The notes: generated from the letters alone by a model not told the origin. Shown: positions 24,470-37,670, counted from the first letter of the whole stretch. The stretch: 59,941 bases of DNA, filler included, from Hausera hauseri (GCA_046269625.1; 10 parts of 10 records of this genome joined end to end with filler, not necessarily neighbours in it), one strand, 5' to 3'. A program made the numbers and translations.

Positions 24470-25798
24470 TAGACCAATATCGTATGTACAAGTAGTCATC
24501 GCCTTATCGTTAATCGCTTCGTATATACCAAAGACAAGGTCGATAACCCGAACCGAAAACTACAGTATGCGGCAAGACGAAGAGATATCCAAAACTTACA
24601 GTCACTTAGAGTATATGATATGGATTGGAGCAAACCATGTGCATGGTTCGAAGCAAGTGAACCTATTCTGGGCCATGTAAAATTTCAAATAATCTTTGTA
24701 ACTAGATACACATGTAAAACATGCGATTTTCCATACGGAGCTCATAGACAATGTTGTAATTTAGATTTCAGACAAACCTACCGATACAGATTTCAAATGT
24801 TCTATTATAATCAGCCCAGAGCCCAAGCATATATAATTACTGAACTTTTAATAAGGATGCCTCAACGAAATGACACGAACCAAGCCAAGGCGGATGAGAT
24901 AATCCAAAGTACTGATGTATTTAAAAGGCTCTTAGATTATAACATTGTTGGGATTTCCAATGACCTAAAGAACCAATGTATCCGAATCAAAACCAAAATA
25001 GAACTGCAAGGAGACAGATACATTTCTGCCCGATTTATACAACTGAATGCCTCGACTCCTATTCCGGAGTATTGTTATCTCGCACGACGACGGCCTACGG
25101 TATGTTGTAAATTGCAGCTAGGACACAACTACCAGTTACAGTTTGATCTGTACAACACTTACCCTAAAAAACCGAGTACTTACTTACGAGGATACCGTCC
25201 AAAAACCGGAATATAGAAACTTCCGTTTTTAACCACTACAAGGAAACCGTCCACTATTCCAAGTACAATTCGCACTACTGCAATCGTCACTTCGGAGGAA
25301 ATGCCAGAAAAAGAACTAGGGAGCATACCGGTTAAGATTTTGGCAAAAAGTGATAAAATTCTATTTTATGCTGACGAAACGTTAAATCAAGACGTCAAAA
25401 TTGAATGTCGCATCCTGCACATTAACCAAATCATAATCCTAAGAAAGAATAGTCAGGAAACTGAATGCAGTTCATTGCGACCGCAGCATAACTATATAAT
25501 CCGAATCACCTGGAAGAGTAAAAACCCTAAAACTTTTACAGTCCGAACTCTTGACAACAAAATTGATGTAATGCAGTATAAAGATCTTAGTACTCAGAAT
25601 GTGTCTACCACAAAAGATTCTATTGAGCCAGACAATTTACCGATGATAGCTATATTAAGTTTGTCAATTTTCGTTCTTGTCGCATTAACAGCGATGATTT
25701 TTCTAGTTTCCAAAAATTGTAATAAAAACAGTAAAAATCAAAAGGGAGATAAACGGGTAAAAGGATGCCAAGACGAACTTTATGATAGCATAACTTAA
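24470..25798 (+). pseudogene. Second type I membrane protein with three Cys-containing FN3-like repeats
   Basis: Signal-like YVQVVIALSLIASYIP in frame with the IN tail; repeats CCNLDFRQTYRYRFQM, CCKLQLGHNYQLQFDL, ECSSLRPQHNYIIRITW; TM MIAILSLSIFVLVALTAMIFLV then basic tail. Confidence 0.65.
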
Positions 25799-25903
25799 CA
25801 ATTACACATCAGGTTATCCTATCATCAGACAGCGAAAATGTTTTGTTTCAAAACGATGATCTGTCTTAGGATTGACCTTTATTTTTATTTTAGCAGAGTA
25901 AGT

Positions 25904-27150
25904 ATGGCCGAAAAAGCGAAGAATCCAGCCACCAGCTCCGGATATGACATCGAAAACGTCATGCAGCAACATGTAACAGTCCTCAAACCATTATCTAAAA
26001 ACGTATATCGTCAAATTGAAGAAAATCTGAAAAACAACACTTACGTCGAAATCGATCAGGAAAATAAAATACCAAATGGGTTAAAATGGGGTTTAGAGGA
26101 AAATCGACTGATTCGGCTATACGAAATGCGAAGCCCCAGAGACGCACGAGCATACCTGTTGAGAGATATGATTCCATATGAACCGACGCATCAGCAATTG
26201 TACGTACATATCGCTAACGGAGAAATTCAATACAGGATCGTAAGTCAATCCTGGAGCGCACAAAAGGGGCAACAATGGAAATTTAGCACTTATGAGTTAT
26301 GTTGCTATAGTCTCATGAACTATGCTATGGAATTTAGAATCGCAGAAATTCCAACCAAACTCATGTTCGAAATGATCTGGCGGACAGAAGTAATGAAACC
26401 GCTACCACCATTAATGTGCATACAAAAGCCTTCAGAAGATGAGATAAAAAAGAATGTAGAATCTTATAGATTAGTTCAGACGGCCATAATACTCGAATTT
26501 TAGTTGTGAACTATGGAGAAAAGGATGGTGGATGGTATACGCCGATTGAAGTCGCGATTCGAAGTACAAACTGGGAAGAACTTATAAACAAAATAATTGC
26601 ACCCAGAACTAGGGTGAAGGACACCTTTCCCGATGTTACCGGAATTACGAAAGTACTACTCGAAATATGAAAATATTTCTTAGAAATCCAGGAAGATATA
26701 AACCATTGCTTATATGGATGTATTGCAACCGGATTTCGAGTGCACGAAATGTTGGAACGACTGAGAATTAGACAAGAGTATATATCCGGAATTCGCGAAC
26801 TAAGTCGGAATCCAACGGTTGTAAGACGAGTAGAAACCGTTTTAGTGAGAAAAAGAGGGTGTCTACTTCCGTCAGCATCACGTAAATCACAATTCAAAAT
26901 GATGTTATAAGCCATGAATGGCGAACGATTTAAATTTCCTAAACTAATGTCAGCGAGTCAGCGTACGAAGCTTTAAAGGTCATTTACGCCTCTCTGACAT
27001 GGGAACATGAGTGGAAACCTATGAACCCCATACAGAATGTGATGTCCGACAACAATCCAAAAATCTTGATACAAAAATTTCTAAAAGGGTTTAGCGAATA
27101 CTCAACTCATACAAGTTCAGCCGCAAGGACACAATCGATTTTGAGTAACG
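25904..27150 (+). pseudogene. Accessory ORF of unknown function
   Basis: ORF to 26503 from ATG 25904, with coding-like continuation in another frame; same strand and composition as the element. Confidence 0.45.
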
Positions 27151-27494
27151 GTTCATAATAATTCAACGGAAACGCCCAACCGTCGACCAGCCGAGCCCGA
27201 GAAAAAATTGAAAAAAATTCAAGTAACCCCGAAACTTTGAGAGAACAAAAACTAAAACTCCCTTCTTAGAGTATATTATCAAGAAAAGAAGGAAAACTAG
27301 TAAAAACCCAGTAAAAGAAAACAAGTCACCTGAGCATACAGAAAAACCCACAAGACGAGAAGCCGATAATTCTGACGAGATCAAGATGAGAACTGCCGAT
27401 ACAAAACTCCGTAAGATGGAAGTGTGAGGAGGAATTTAAACGGATATTAAGGTTTAAATTCAATTCAAAGTTAGTTCAAATTTAAGCCAATAAA

Positions 27495-27751
27495 ATGTCA
27501 GGAAATTCAGGAAAGGAGGAAAATAAGACTCATTTAATGAGTGAAGAAGACAATTTTTATACAAACTTTTATAATAAATTTCTAACGCATAATTCGGTCT
27601 TAGAACCATTGAGTGACGCTGATGTCGGTTTGATAGAAACGCAATCTACTAAAATGGCGAACCACGCTTCAAGGGACTTCTTCGAAAAGAAATTGATGCC
27701 AAAAGAATTCCAGAAAGGTGACAACGTGGAAACCTTTATTGGAAAATGCGA
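27495..27751 (+). CDS. Start of a Gag-like ORF, cut by contig end
   Basis: LMPKEFQKGDNVETFIGKC resembles the P..F..G.....F...F start of retrotransposon capsid domains. Confidence 0.5.
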
Positions 27752-27851
27752 NNNNNNNNNNNNNNNNNNNNNNNNNNNNNNNNNNNNNNNNNNNNTTAAT
27801 TAATTAANNNNNNNNNNNNNNNNNNNNNNNNNNNNNNNNNNNNNNNNNNNN
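27752..27851. other. Artificial contig linker
   Basis: 44N-TTAATTAATTAA-44N. Confidence 0.99.
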
Positions 27852-27863
27852 AAAGAATAAACT

Positions 27864-28880
27864 TCAATCAATTATATCTTTCGATTTGTTCAATAACTTT
27901 TTGCCATCTTCCTGGCAACTTTCGCGTTCATAAAACTTCTGATCCTTATCAGCAAAAAATTGAACCAAATGCGATTTTAGATCATCATCATTAGTGTAAG
28001 TTTTACAATTCCAAACGTTTTGCAAACTTCGAAATAAATGATAATCAGATGATGCTAGATCAGGACTGTATGGAGGATGTAACATCGTTTCCCAACCCAG
28101 CTCCAATAATTTTACACGAGTTGCTAAAGATGTATGAGGCCTCGCATTGTCTTGGTGGATCATGATTCCTTTGTGATTTGCCAAGTTTGGGCTTTTTTCT
28201 TTGATTGGTTGCTCTAATTCTATTGATTATTGACAATAAACATCCGAGTCTAACGTCTTGTTATTTGGAAGCAGCTCAAGATACGCAATACCTTTGTAAT
28301 CCCATTAAACTGACAGAGTGGTCTTTTTTGATACAATTCAACTTTCGGTGTGGTTTGTGCTGGCTCATCACGCCTAGACCATGATCTTTTCGATTGATAT
28401 TACTGTATGTGGTCCACTTTTCATCGCCAGTGATGATTCGTTTCAAAAAAGGATTGAGTTTATTTCGCTTTAGGTGAATATCGCAAATGTTGATTTGCTG
28501 CGTCAAATGGATCTCTTTCAAATTATGTGGAATCAAAATATCGGCCTTCTTAATAAATCTAAGATATTTTAAATGATTTTCAATTGTTGTATGTGACAGA
28601 TGTAACTTCTACGCAATCTCTCGAACAGTTATTTGACGATCTCCTTTAATTATGGCTCTGATATGATGATCATTAACTTCAGTAGGTCTACCAGAAGGTT
28701 GAACACATTTGAGTGAAAAATCTCCTAAACGAAATATTTTATACCAGTTTTGACATGTGCGTTTTATTACACAATCAACACCATGAATTTCACATAGTTC
28801 TTTATATGCCTCAGAAGCTTTCTTGCCTTTACAAAGATAAAATGTAAAGTATGTCGACAATGTTCCTTATTGCACTCCAT
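27864..28880 (-). pseudogene. Mariner (D,D34D) transposase, near full length, frameshifted
   Basis: RTCQNWY..FR.GDFSL...SGRP; IPHNL; IITGDEKW; HQDNARPHT; HPPYSPDLASSDYHLF. Confidence 0.95.
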
Positions 28881-28999
28881 GTTTAAGTTGACCCTAAACT
28901 TAGAAATATTAAAACAAAATTATACACAATTTGCTTCTAACGTAGCCTGAATGTGACTGATACTAACTGTTAAAATGAAAGTATAATAATATTAAGAGA

Positions 29000-31900
29000 T
29001 GTCATTGTCAGTTCATTTGCAACATAAGCCCAGAAGTCACCCAGATTCTTTTCCTTAAATGCAATTTGAAGTCCTCCATTAGTAATTACGTGGTGCGTTA
29101 GGTAAGTCCCTGGACTCGACAAGAAAAAAGAGACCAAACCTGTTCAAATTTTAATGACATTTACATAACCCAACATACACTCATTTCTCAATTTATGAAC
29201 CATTTTCCTCCACAAATTCATTTTCGAAGAAATTTGGAGCTAATTTTGTCAGGATTTGCTCCTCTTCCTCCTTCGGTTCTTCTGCGGATTGAAAATGGTG
29301 ACCTTTCAGATGTTGTTTGAGGTTGCAGAATAGCACAAAATCACTGGTTACCAGGTCCGGGATGTATGGAGGGTGCACCTCAAGCTGGAAGCCACACTCT
29401 TCTGTTGTGGCCGAGGAGATGTGTGACGTGTGAATTGGAGCGTTGTCATGTAACAGTCAGAGAGGGACGCCTAGAGACTTTCGCCGACGTTTTCGCACAT
29501 CACGCATAAGCTCACTGCAGTACTGTGAGTTCATCGTGGCTTCTCGGTCCAGGAAATCGATTTTAATAATGCCGCGAATATCCCAGAACACAGTAAGCAT
29601 GGCAACCGGTTCGTCAGATGTCCCACTGCGAAGCTTGCGTGGAGCTGATTCTGATGACATTCGCCATTCAGCAGGGTCCCTCTTTTTCTGACCCTCAGTT
29701 TTCTGATGCCAAAATCCTTCAGGATTGCATGAGTAGTGAACGTACTGACGTGGAGACGTTGCATCAGTTCACGAATGCTGATTCTGCGTTTAGAGAGGAC
29801 AATTTTCTGGCACAGTTCTCGTTTTTCATCGGAAATTTCAGGCGATCTTCCCTTTCTTTCCTCGTCGAAAACTGACTGTCGACAACGTTTAAACTTCCCA
29901 ATCCAGTTGTAAATCGTTGAACGTGATATGCACTGGTTCCGGTAGACCTCCTGTAGCTGTTGGATGATTTCTTTATTCTCAGTGCCTTTCAGCACAAGGA
30001 ATTCGATGACGCTGCGATATTCAATGTTTGACGACATCGCTTGCACGAAAATCACAAAACTGCCCTGCTCTGTCACCTAAGCAGCAGCACAAACACGACA
30101 GTGCTAAATTTGTAGCCACTAAAGTGACCGTTATTTATAGTAACAACGTCATTATTACCATCATTCTATTTATACACGAGTCCATGGAATTATCTAATGG
30201 AACACGTAAGTCTTCCTTGCCTTTAAAGGGCATGCCTTCTTTTACTCTGAACAGATCCCGAATCCATGATTTAGTTTTATCAAGGAAAGGAAAATATTCT
30301 CTTTCTTAGACTTTGCAAATGAAGCACTGTTGACAGGTTTAGGAATGATTCCAAATTTCCACTTGTGAGTTTTTTCTCCTACAACTCCAATTTTAGAATG
30401 GTTGATTCAATTTTGTCCTCAACATGGAAACAATTTATGTTAGCTCCTTGAAGTTTAGTATTTAATTCATTAAGATAGTTGAAGATATCGGTTTCTTAAG
30501 CTAATTTTGTAAGAAACCCTAAATTATTCAAATTTTATGGAGCAAATTTTTCGGAGTAGTACGTTTCAGTGTGCTCTTCCATTAAGACTAACCTCACTTC
30601 ATTGCGTAGCTGCTAAAATCGAGTCAGTGTTTTTCCTTTGGATAGCCACCTTATTTCAGTATGCATTAGAAGTATGTAGTGCTCATTTTCCATTTCTTTA
30701 CATAATTCTGATAATAGTCGCGAATTCAGCGCCCTACATTTTGTAAAATTTACCATTTTGACACATTCGTGTAATGTTTGTTTCAGTTCAACTGGAATTT
30801 TTTGTCACCAAAGCTCCCAGATGGATATCACAGCAATAACAGTCACCACTTGGCAGATGGTGTTATTTCCTAGATTCTTCACCTTAGACCTGTTATCCGT
30901 TCGGACATGGCTTTGGCTCCGTCAGTGCTAACTCCTACATATTTCGTTCAGTCAATCTTGTTTTATCGAAAAATGCATTTAATTTTTCAAAAGTTTCTTC
31001 GGCAGTATTATCAATTAAGAAAACCGACAAAAAACAAATCCTCTTGAATAGTGTTTTCGTGCTTATACGTCACGCAATACAATAAAACTGCCTGATTAAT
31101 AACATCTGTAGTTTCATTAAACTGTATGGCAAACCAAGATGTACGAACTCTTTCTATTAATTGTTCTTTAATGCCATCTACCATGCATTCAATTATCCTT
31201 TCTACCATGTTGTTAGTGGAATTTGTGAAATTTCTTTGAGAGCCTTACCACCAATCATTGATGACACCATAGTTTTTGCTGCTGGTAGAATGAGTTCTTC
31301 GACAGTGGTATGAGGTTTGCTTTTTTGAGCTATGAGTTGAGTCACCTTAAAGCAGGCAATTGCGGCTAATTTGTTTGATCCTGGTACAATAATGTTAGAC
31401 ATAATTTTTGGAGACTCTTTTAACTGGTGTTGTTTCTTTTTAACGAAATCAACATTCCTATGCTGAAACTCTGAGTGCTTTGTTTCAAAGTGTTTCTTTA
31501 ACTTCGCTGGTTTCATGGAATCATTTGTTAAGATTTGACCATAAATGTGATGCATTGTGGTTATGTTTCGGCACTATGCGATGATGATCAATACTCTGTA
31601 AAACTTAGAGTCAAATACCCTATATTATATCGACGGACTTTCTTGTCATAATACTTAATAATCTTGTTTACGAGAAAAACTATTGCCCTTGCTGCTAGTA
31701 CCGACTGACATTGAATGTATCACAATATTTTCAACAGTGTCATCATTTTCATTACTTCTGTCTCGCCGCTTTGGCTTTGATTCCCAGTTTTTTGTAATTT
31801 TGTAAACAACCAACGCTTTATAGTTCTTTAAAGACAAAAAATTGTAAAAATGTTTTGTAAAAAAAATTGTACTTACCACATATTGTCTTAATTTTCTTCT

Positions 31901-32529
31901 TCAATTTACTTAATTATAAAAAGCACCGTCAAAATGTTGCAAAATTATTATATTCAAAGTTCTACAATAATTTTGCAAACGTTCACAAAAGTACAAACAC
32001 TAACGTTTATACAAAAAGCAGTACTAAAATTTTTAAACTAAGAATAACGAATTCAAAACTCTGGAACATCACGCTTCCAGTCTTTTCATAGGAGCACAAA
32101 TTACAGCCATCTATCAGAATATTTTCGGGCAAAGAACAACATTCTAGTGCTAGTTCTACACGTAATTCTGTTTTTACACGATATGTACGTTCCTGAAAAA
32201 TTCCCATAAAAGATGTTGTATTTTCATACAAAATTTACTAAAAATTCTTTCACTTTGAACGCATGTGTGCGATTTGTTGTGCGCGCGTGAATCGCTTCGT
32301 TGACTATGCACGTAAATAGAAAAAATCATGTTAAATCAAAACGAGTCGCATAAAATGAAATTTAAATATTTATAATCAATTCGTATATAATGGTTCGTGC
32401 AAAAACAGATTTAGGTGTATTTATTGCATTATTTGGTTACTTTTTATGATTTCAAAATCAGACCTTGGGCCCCTCGAAACATGGCCGTGGACCCCTGGGG
32501 GTCCAGGCACCTCCATTTTGGGAACGCTG
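29000..32529 (-). mobile_element. Decayed hAT (Buster/Charlie-like) transposon interrupted by a mariner
   Basis: NDSMKPAKLKKHFETKH; LIAQKSKPHTTVEELILPAA; FAIQFNETTDV; C-terminal AFKEKNLGDFWAYVANE at about 29010-29085; terminus CAGCGTTCCCAAA on the minus strand at 32529. Confidence 0.8.
29089..30206 (-). mobile_element. Mariner element with both TIRs and TA target duplication, internally deleted transposase (29193-30037)
   Basis: Left TA|CGTGGTGCGTTAGGTAAGTCCCTGGACTCG; right (reverse complement) TA|CGTGTTCCATTAGATAATTCCATGGACTCG; EYRSVIEFL, MLTVFWDIRGII, HPPYIPDLVTSDF. Confidence 0.92.
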
Positions 32530-33469
32530 TGCTACAATATCTTATTGTCTTTATCCTTTTTATCTTTAGCTTCCGGTGATATTTTTGTCATCAGTCTTGG
32601 AATGTTTGGCGATATATACTTTGATGAAAGTAATCGTCAGAATTCAGAGAAGAAAATCAATTGTAGTAAAGAAATATGTGATTCAGTTCCAAAAATTTTA
32701 AGTCGAATTGAAAGTGCCAGTCAATCAGATCTTAGCCAGTGTATGAGTTAAATTTGTAGAGAAATTGTTTATATTTTATTTATCAAAAAAATTTTGACGA
32801 AATTTAAGCATTGCAAAATCCGATTTCAAATTGTTACGTCATGAAATTATTTCAGATTTTGAAATAATTATTAATTATTTTTTCATTCAACATTTTTTCA
32901 AAAACTAGGCGGTTGAGTTGAAATTATCAAATTTATCGTCTGACAACGTAATTTTATCTGCTTATTTTAGTTGAATAAGTTTACATTAATTAACAGCTAT
33001 ACAGGATTGATTTGTAACGGCATTGTTTTTGACTGTAATTTGTTTTGTAAAAAGAAGAGAACGAGAAATAATCCATTTTTATATATTGACCTCATTTCTT
33101 AAAATTTGTCATTGGGGAGCATCAAACTTAACATTTCTCTACTGGTTAATAATAATTCCTTTCTCCAGACAACCTGATTTCAGGAATAGGTATATGTATA
33201 CGAAAAAAAAAAACAATTATTCTTGAAACCGCGTTCGTCCCTAAGATCGCTTGTGTTACCACCATGAGTTCCGACAAAAACAAATTTCCGTATTCAAGTT
33301 CGAGAATATTAACCTGATCTCGGATAGATCGATATTTCATATTTTGACTGAAAAATTGTATGTGGGAAATATGGTTACGCTTTGCTGACAATTGAACGGA
33401 AATAAATTAGTACCCAGGTTTCTTAAGTCTGTTTAGAGGGTTTCAAGAAGCATATTTTCAATTTTTTAT

Positions 33470-33700
33470 GTTGATATTTAACCACTGACGAGAATTCAGT
33501 CCATAAATACACACCGAATTCGACGAAGACGATTAAATTATGAACAAGTTCGGATATTCGTCTCCAAGGAAGACATGGACAGTTTCATGTGCATGAGAGC
33601 TCATTACATTGCTTTTCTGGGATGCGAAAGACATTTCTCATAGAATACGTACGAAATGGTAAAACAATAATCAGAGAGAACAAACGTGTTTGGATTTGTA
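33470..33700 (+). pseudogene. Old mariner transposase remnant
   Basis: TTDENSVHKYTP and FWDAKD...LIEYVRNGKTI fragments. Confidence 0.5.
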
Positions 33701-34265
33701 GGCTAGAACTATTCAAGAAAACATCATCTTTCTCCTGGGCAATTCACCGGCCTGCACTTTACTTTGTCTTTCATTTCTTTCCAAATCTGATACGGGAAGT
33801 TGTATCAAATCAATAGGTGAAGTAGTACTGGACAGTTACTTTTTTGTGGTGCTGAAATCGCACTCTCTAGATGGCATCATAGCTTGGAATCAAAATATAC
33901 TCACCTAATAAAAAGTCGCGCGTTTAATGTTGCTTACATACAATTGCTGACTTTGACATGATCATCATTGTATTAAACAATAATCTCAAACTTTTTGTTT
34001 GTTTTCTTAGTTCATATTAGAGAATCACTTATTATTCGTTCGGAGCCAAAAGTATGCAATCAGAGCTTTTAAATGTTATATAATCTCGTGCGTTTATAAT
34101 TTCCCCGTAACATGCAGAGAAATTTCGAAGGTTCATAACATTTTCGTTTGTATTTTCAACCAATATTCTACTAAAGTTCCATTTTCCGTTTTTCATTCAA
34201 GTTATGTCAAAGTGCAATGTATTCGTCTAATTATCAGTCAGTTCGCTAATATTTTTTCCATTTTA

Positions 34266-34365
34266 NNNNNNNNNNNNNNNNNNNNNNNNNNNNNNNNNNN
34301 NNNNNNNNNTTAATTAATTAANNNNNNNNNNNNNNNNNNNNNNNNNNNNNNNNNNNNNNNNNNNN
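34266..34365. other. Artificial contig linker
   Basis: 44N-TTAATTAATTAA-44N. Confidence 0.99.
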
Positions 34366-34772
34366 TCACGTGTGAAAGTTCAACAAGAAGGAAAGTAAAG
34401 CACAACTCTGATGACTCCCTTCCCTCCTCTGACAAATATCCCAAAAAGCCCTCAGCCAGCAGGTGACAGGAGCAGAACTCCCTTTTCTGACTCAGACACT
34501 TACTCACCAAACGAACATTAAAGTGTACACACAAACCTTGACTCTGTGTTGAAGATAGCAAAAACAAGTTTGCTGGACATGAAGCCCCTTTCCACATTTC
34601 TGAGCTTTAGGTTGTCCAGAGGAAGCATGTACTTCTTCTCCTTCTCCTGAAAAACACAGAAGGTGCAGAGATTAGGCCATAGAGAGGAGATCCAGGATCG
34701 GGCTGCAGCAGGACAACATTACTGTTGATAGGTTTACTTAGAGAGCTAAAGACAAAATGTTGTCTGCTAGTG

Positions 34773-35266
34773 CAGTGGTTCCCAACTTTTTTGGACTTGT
34801 GTACCCCCTGAGACATTTTGTCATTTCACTAGTACCGCCTCTGTCAAACGTAATGAGGATTCTCCAAAACTATAACGTACAACAGCTGATTATTAAATGA
34901 AAATGATTTATTTAACCCTAGAACGTTTTCTTTTCAACTCAAAATTAAACATAAAGATAAATATGTTGCTTTGAAAGTGAATAAGTATTTAAATAAATAA
35001 ACTAGGTAATGGCAGGTGCAGGAAGCAGCAGCGCCCAAAATACATCAAATACCACAAATGAGGAAATTCCATGAGATTCCGCGTTTTATACAGGATTCCA
35101 TTTTGTGTCAATTTCGTGATTGCACATTGTGGAAATGATAGGGTCCTACATATCTCAGTCCTATTTTTATTTATTATTTTACACACCTGGGAAATTTTTC
35201 CCCATACCCCCTGTAATATGCTTGTGTACCCCAAGGGGTACACATACCCCTGGTTGGGAATCATTC
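34773..35266. mobile_element. Non-autonomous hAT-type element (MITE-like)
   Basis: CAGTGGTTCCCAAC ... GTTGGGAATCATT imperfect TIRs and subterminal GTACCCC motifs; no matching 8-bp TSD. Confidence 0.55.
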
Positions 35267-35713
35267 CCTTATTTTTTTTCAGTCAGTTAAAGTACATGTC
35301 TATCAAATAAAGTCTAATGTTACAACAAATTGTGGATCCCTTTAAAGAACATTAATGTTTTAGCCTGTAATTAAAAAACAGAAGGCAAAGGTTTTTATTT
35401 ATTATTATGTTTTCAAAAAATGTTTTTTATATAGTAGTATGTAGAATCAAAAAGTGGTTTTTTCTCAATTACTTAAAAATATAAAAAAGTGGTGTTTTTT
35501 CAATCAATTACAAATATGGAAAAAGTGGATTGAGTAGATTGTAGAACCAATAAATGAAAAAGCGAATAGTTAGTTAATTTTTTTCATATTTTTGAACGAC
35601 AGTTAAGGAGTTAAAAAATATTAAAAAAGGGAAGTGTTTTTCTTTACTGGTTCTGCTATCTATTTATAAATATTATAGCTATCGAAATGTGACGATTAAT
35701 TATTATTAAGCTT

Positions 35714-36420
35714 CTAGTGATCATAGGCTAAAGAAGTATTACGACTCGTACAATGTCGTTTATTTTTAAATATAGATAGTGCACGTTTCATATGTTTAAC
35801 TGTTTGTGTCTGGAAGTTAAAAGACTGAAACCTTGTTTGATCAACATTAAACACCGGACCATCATTATGAACTTTAAGGCAATCATTATGATTTAACATT
35901 GCCTGTTCGACGATGACACCCTTTGCACCGGATCCAGATCGGTGTAAACTGTATCATTTGGTATTCACGAACACAGTTTTATCGAACTCATCACCATGTC
36001 CTTCATCTTTACATAAGCCTATTTAATTGGCACACGTATTGGAACAAAAAGCATGATCAGATGGATAACTGCTTGTGTCCAGTAGTTTATCTCGTTGTAT
36101 CTTTTGAAGTTTAATTTATTGACGTTACGGCAGCAGAAGGAAAAAACTATTAGTATCATCGGCAATAATATCTATATCACAGTTGAAATGACGTCGTATG
36201 ATTCTAATTCCTTGTACTGTAGCTCATACATGCGGAATTTACACCAATCCAATACCGTTTCACCAATGTAAATAGGAAGGTTCAAACATACTGAATTACG
36301 GTAAAGTAAAATAGCTACGATATTTTCTTCTATGTGAGAAGGTAGAAGTGAGCTCTCCACCTTACTTCTCTGATTGGTCCGCCGACCAGTTTTCCACACT
36401 TGATTAGTTATTTTGAACAT
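35714..36420 (-). pseudogene. pPolB C-terminal remnant
   Basis: LNLPIYIGETVLDWCKFRMYELQY; KRALSIFKNKR...SLAYDH. Confidence 0.8.
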
Positions 36421-36459
36421 TTTACTAAAATTTTCTCACGACCTTCCCAGAAAATGAGG

Positions 36460-37230
36460 TCAAGTGATAAGGTTCATACCAGGTAATGCCTCAAACCGCT
36501 GTTTTTCAAAACCCAATACCATGGCCAAAGTTTCGTCCAATAAAATGTTGACAGTATCCTTAGCCAGTTCAAATTTAATGTACCCATTTGCACGTGATTC
36601 GAATACTTTAAATGTCACATTGTACTTTTGATTTGAAGAAAAGTATTCAGAGAGATGTGCTACAGATTCGCAATGGACATTGTCTCCAATCGATACGTAT
36701 GACGTTGACACTCTTTCCGCTGTATAAGTAAATTTCACTGTTGTCTGGTAATATACGGGACTTAATCTTGGACCAACTATATATTCACTTTTAATATTTT
36801 GACCTTTGTACTCTGTATTTTTGAATCCAAATTTCTGCGCCATCTCAGAGAACTCAAAGGTGACACTAAATTCAAAATCTGCCATAAAATGTACGTTTTA
36901 ATCTAAAATAAAAACACTGACTTCGCCGTGTAAACCATAATTTGCTTCGGTCGTGCAAATGGTCGATTCTCCAACCGTTACTTTATTGTTAGTAAGTGTC
37001 AGAGAACAAAAATGTGTTTTGATTTCCCTAACAGTTTTGTTGTACGTTATTTTGATACTATCTTTCAATGTCACCAGTGCGTAGGGAAAGTTAAATTCCG
37101 TCAGTGCAACCTCCCATTTTCCAGCAGAAAAATCCAAAGGATTGTTCCAATCTACAACGTATTCACTAGCGGAATTGTTCGGACAAATCGTCGGACAACT
37201 GTTGCTCGGCAACACCATGTAAATACTCAT
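36460..37230 (-). pseudogene. Polinton minor capsid (penton-like) protein 2, N-terminal part
   Basis: MSIYMVLPSNS...PNNSASEY...NPLDFSAGKWEVALTEFNFP; LAMVLGF. Confidence 0.8.
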
Positions 37231-37279
37231 AATCTGGATGATAATGGTTATGATGATGACGCAGTTTGTTTATTACCAA

Positions 37280-37670
37280 CGTTGACGACGTCGAAAATGT
37301 AACGTCAAATGTGTCGTTAACCAAACAGAAATTTAATTGGTTCCCATAATTCATCAAGCATATACACGGAAATACTGTGCACAATATTGTGAAACAATGA
37401 TAAGTACATGGGTCTGAGCATATTAACGCGAACAGTTTCAACCGATGTTTTGTACGCGTCAGAATCCAGTTCGATAGAAGCCAGTAGTTGTTTATGTTCC
37501 CCACGAATGAGTACGGATTCGGTTAAATCCGTTAAAATGTTGAATCTATAAAATGCTCCATAGAGTTGTCGTTTGTATTTGGCAACAATAGATCGCCCAA
37601 CAATGTTTTGATAGAATTGGCGTTCTGAAAAATCAGTTGCATATTGCACTACCCGAACGAACTGATGCAT
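37280..37670 (-). pseudogene. Polinton minor capsid (penton-like) protein 1, C-terminal part
   Basis: NILTDLTESVLIRGEHKQLLASI...RPMYLSL...ISVYMLDELWEPIKF. Confidence 0.75.

Larger units (their letters stand above)
17088..27420 (+). mobile_element. Large decayed Ty3/Gypsy element (copy B): unknown - Ubl - glycoprotein - PR - RT - RH - IN - membrane protein - accessory ORF
   Basis: About 10 kb of nearly gapless same-strand coding fragments; gypsy domain order with IN after RH. Confidence 0.85.

Noticed and set aside
31867-33400. Short ORFs in AT-rich sequence
   Set aside because: No motifs, low complexity; consistent with chance ORFs.
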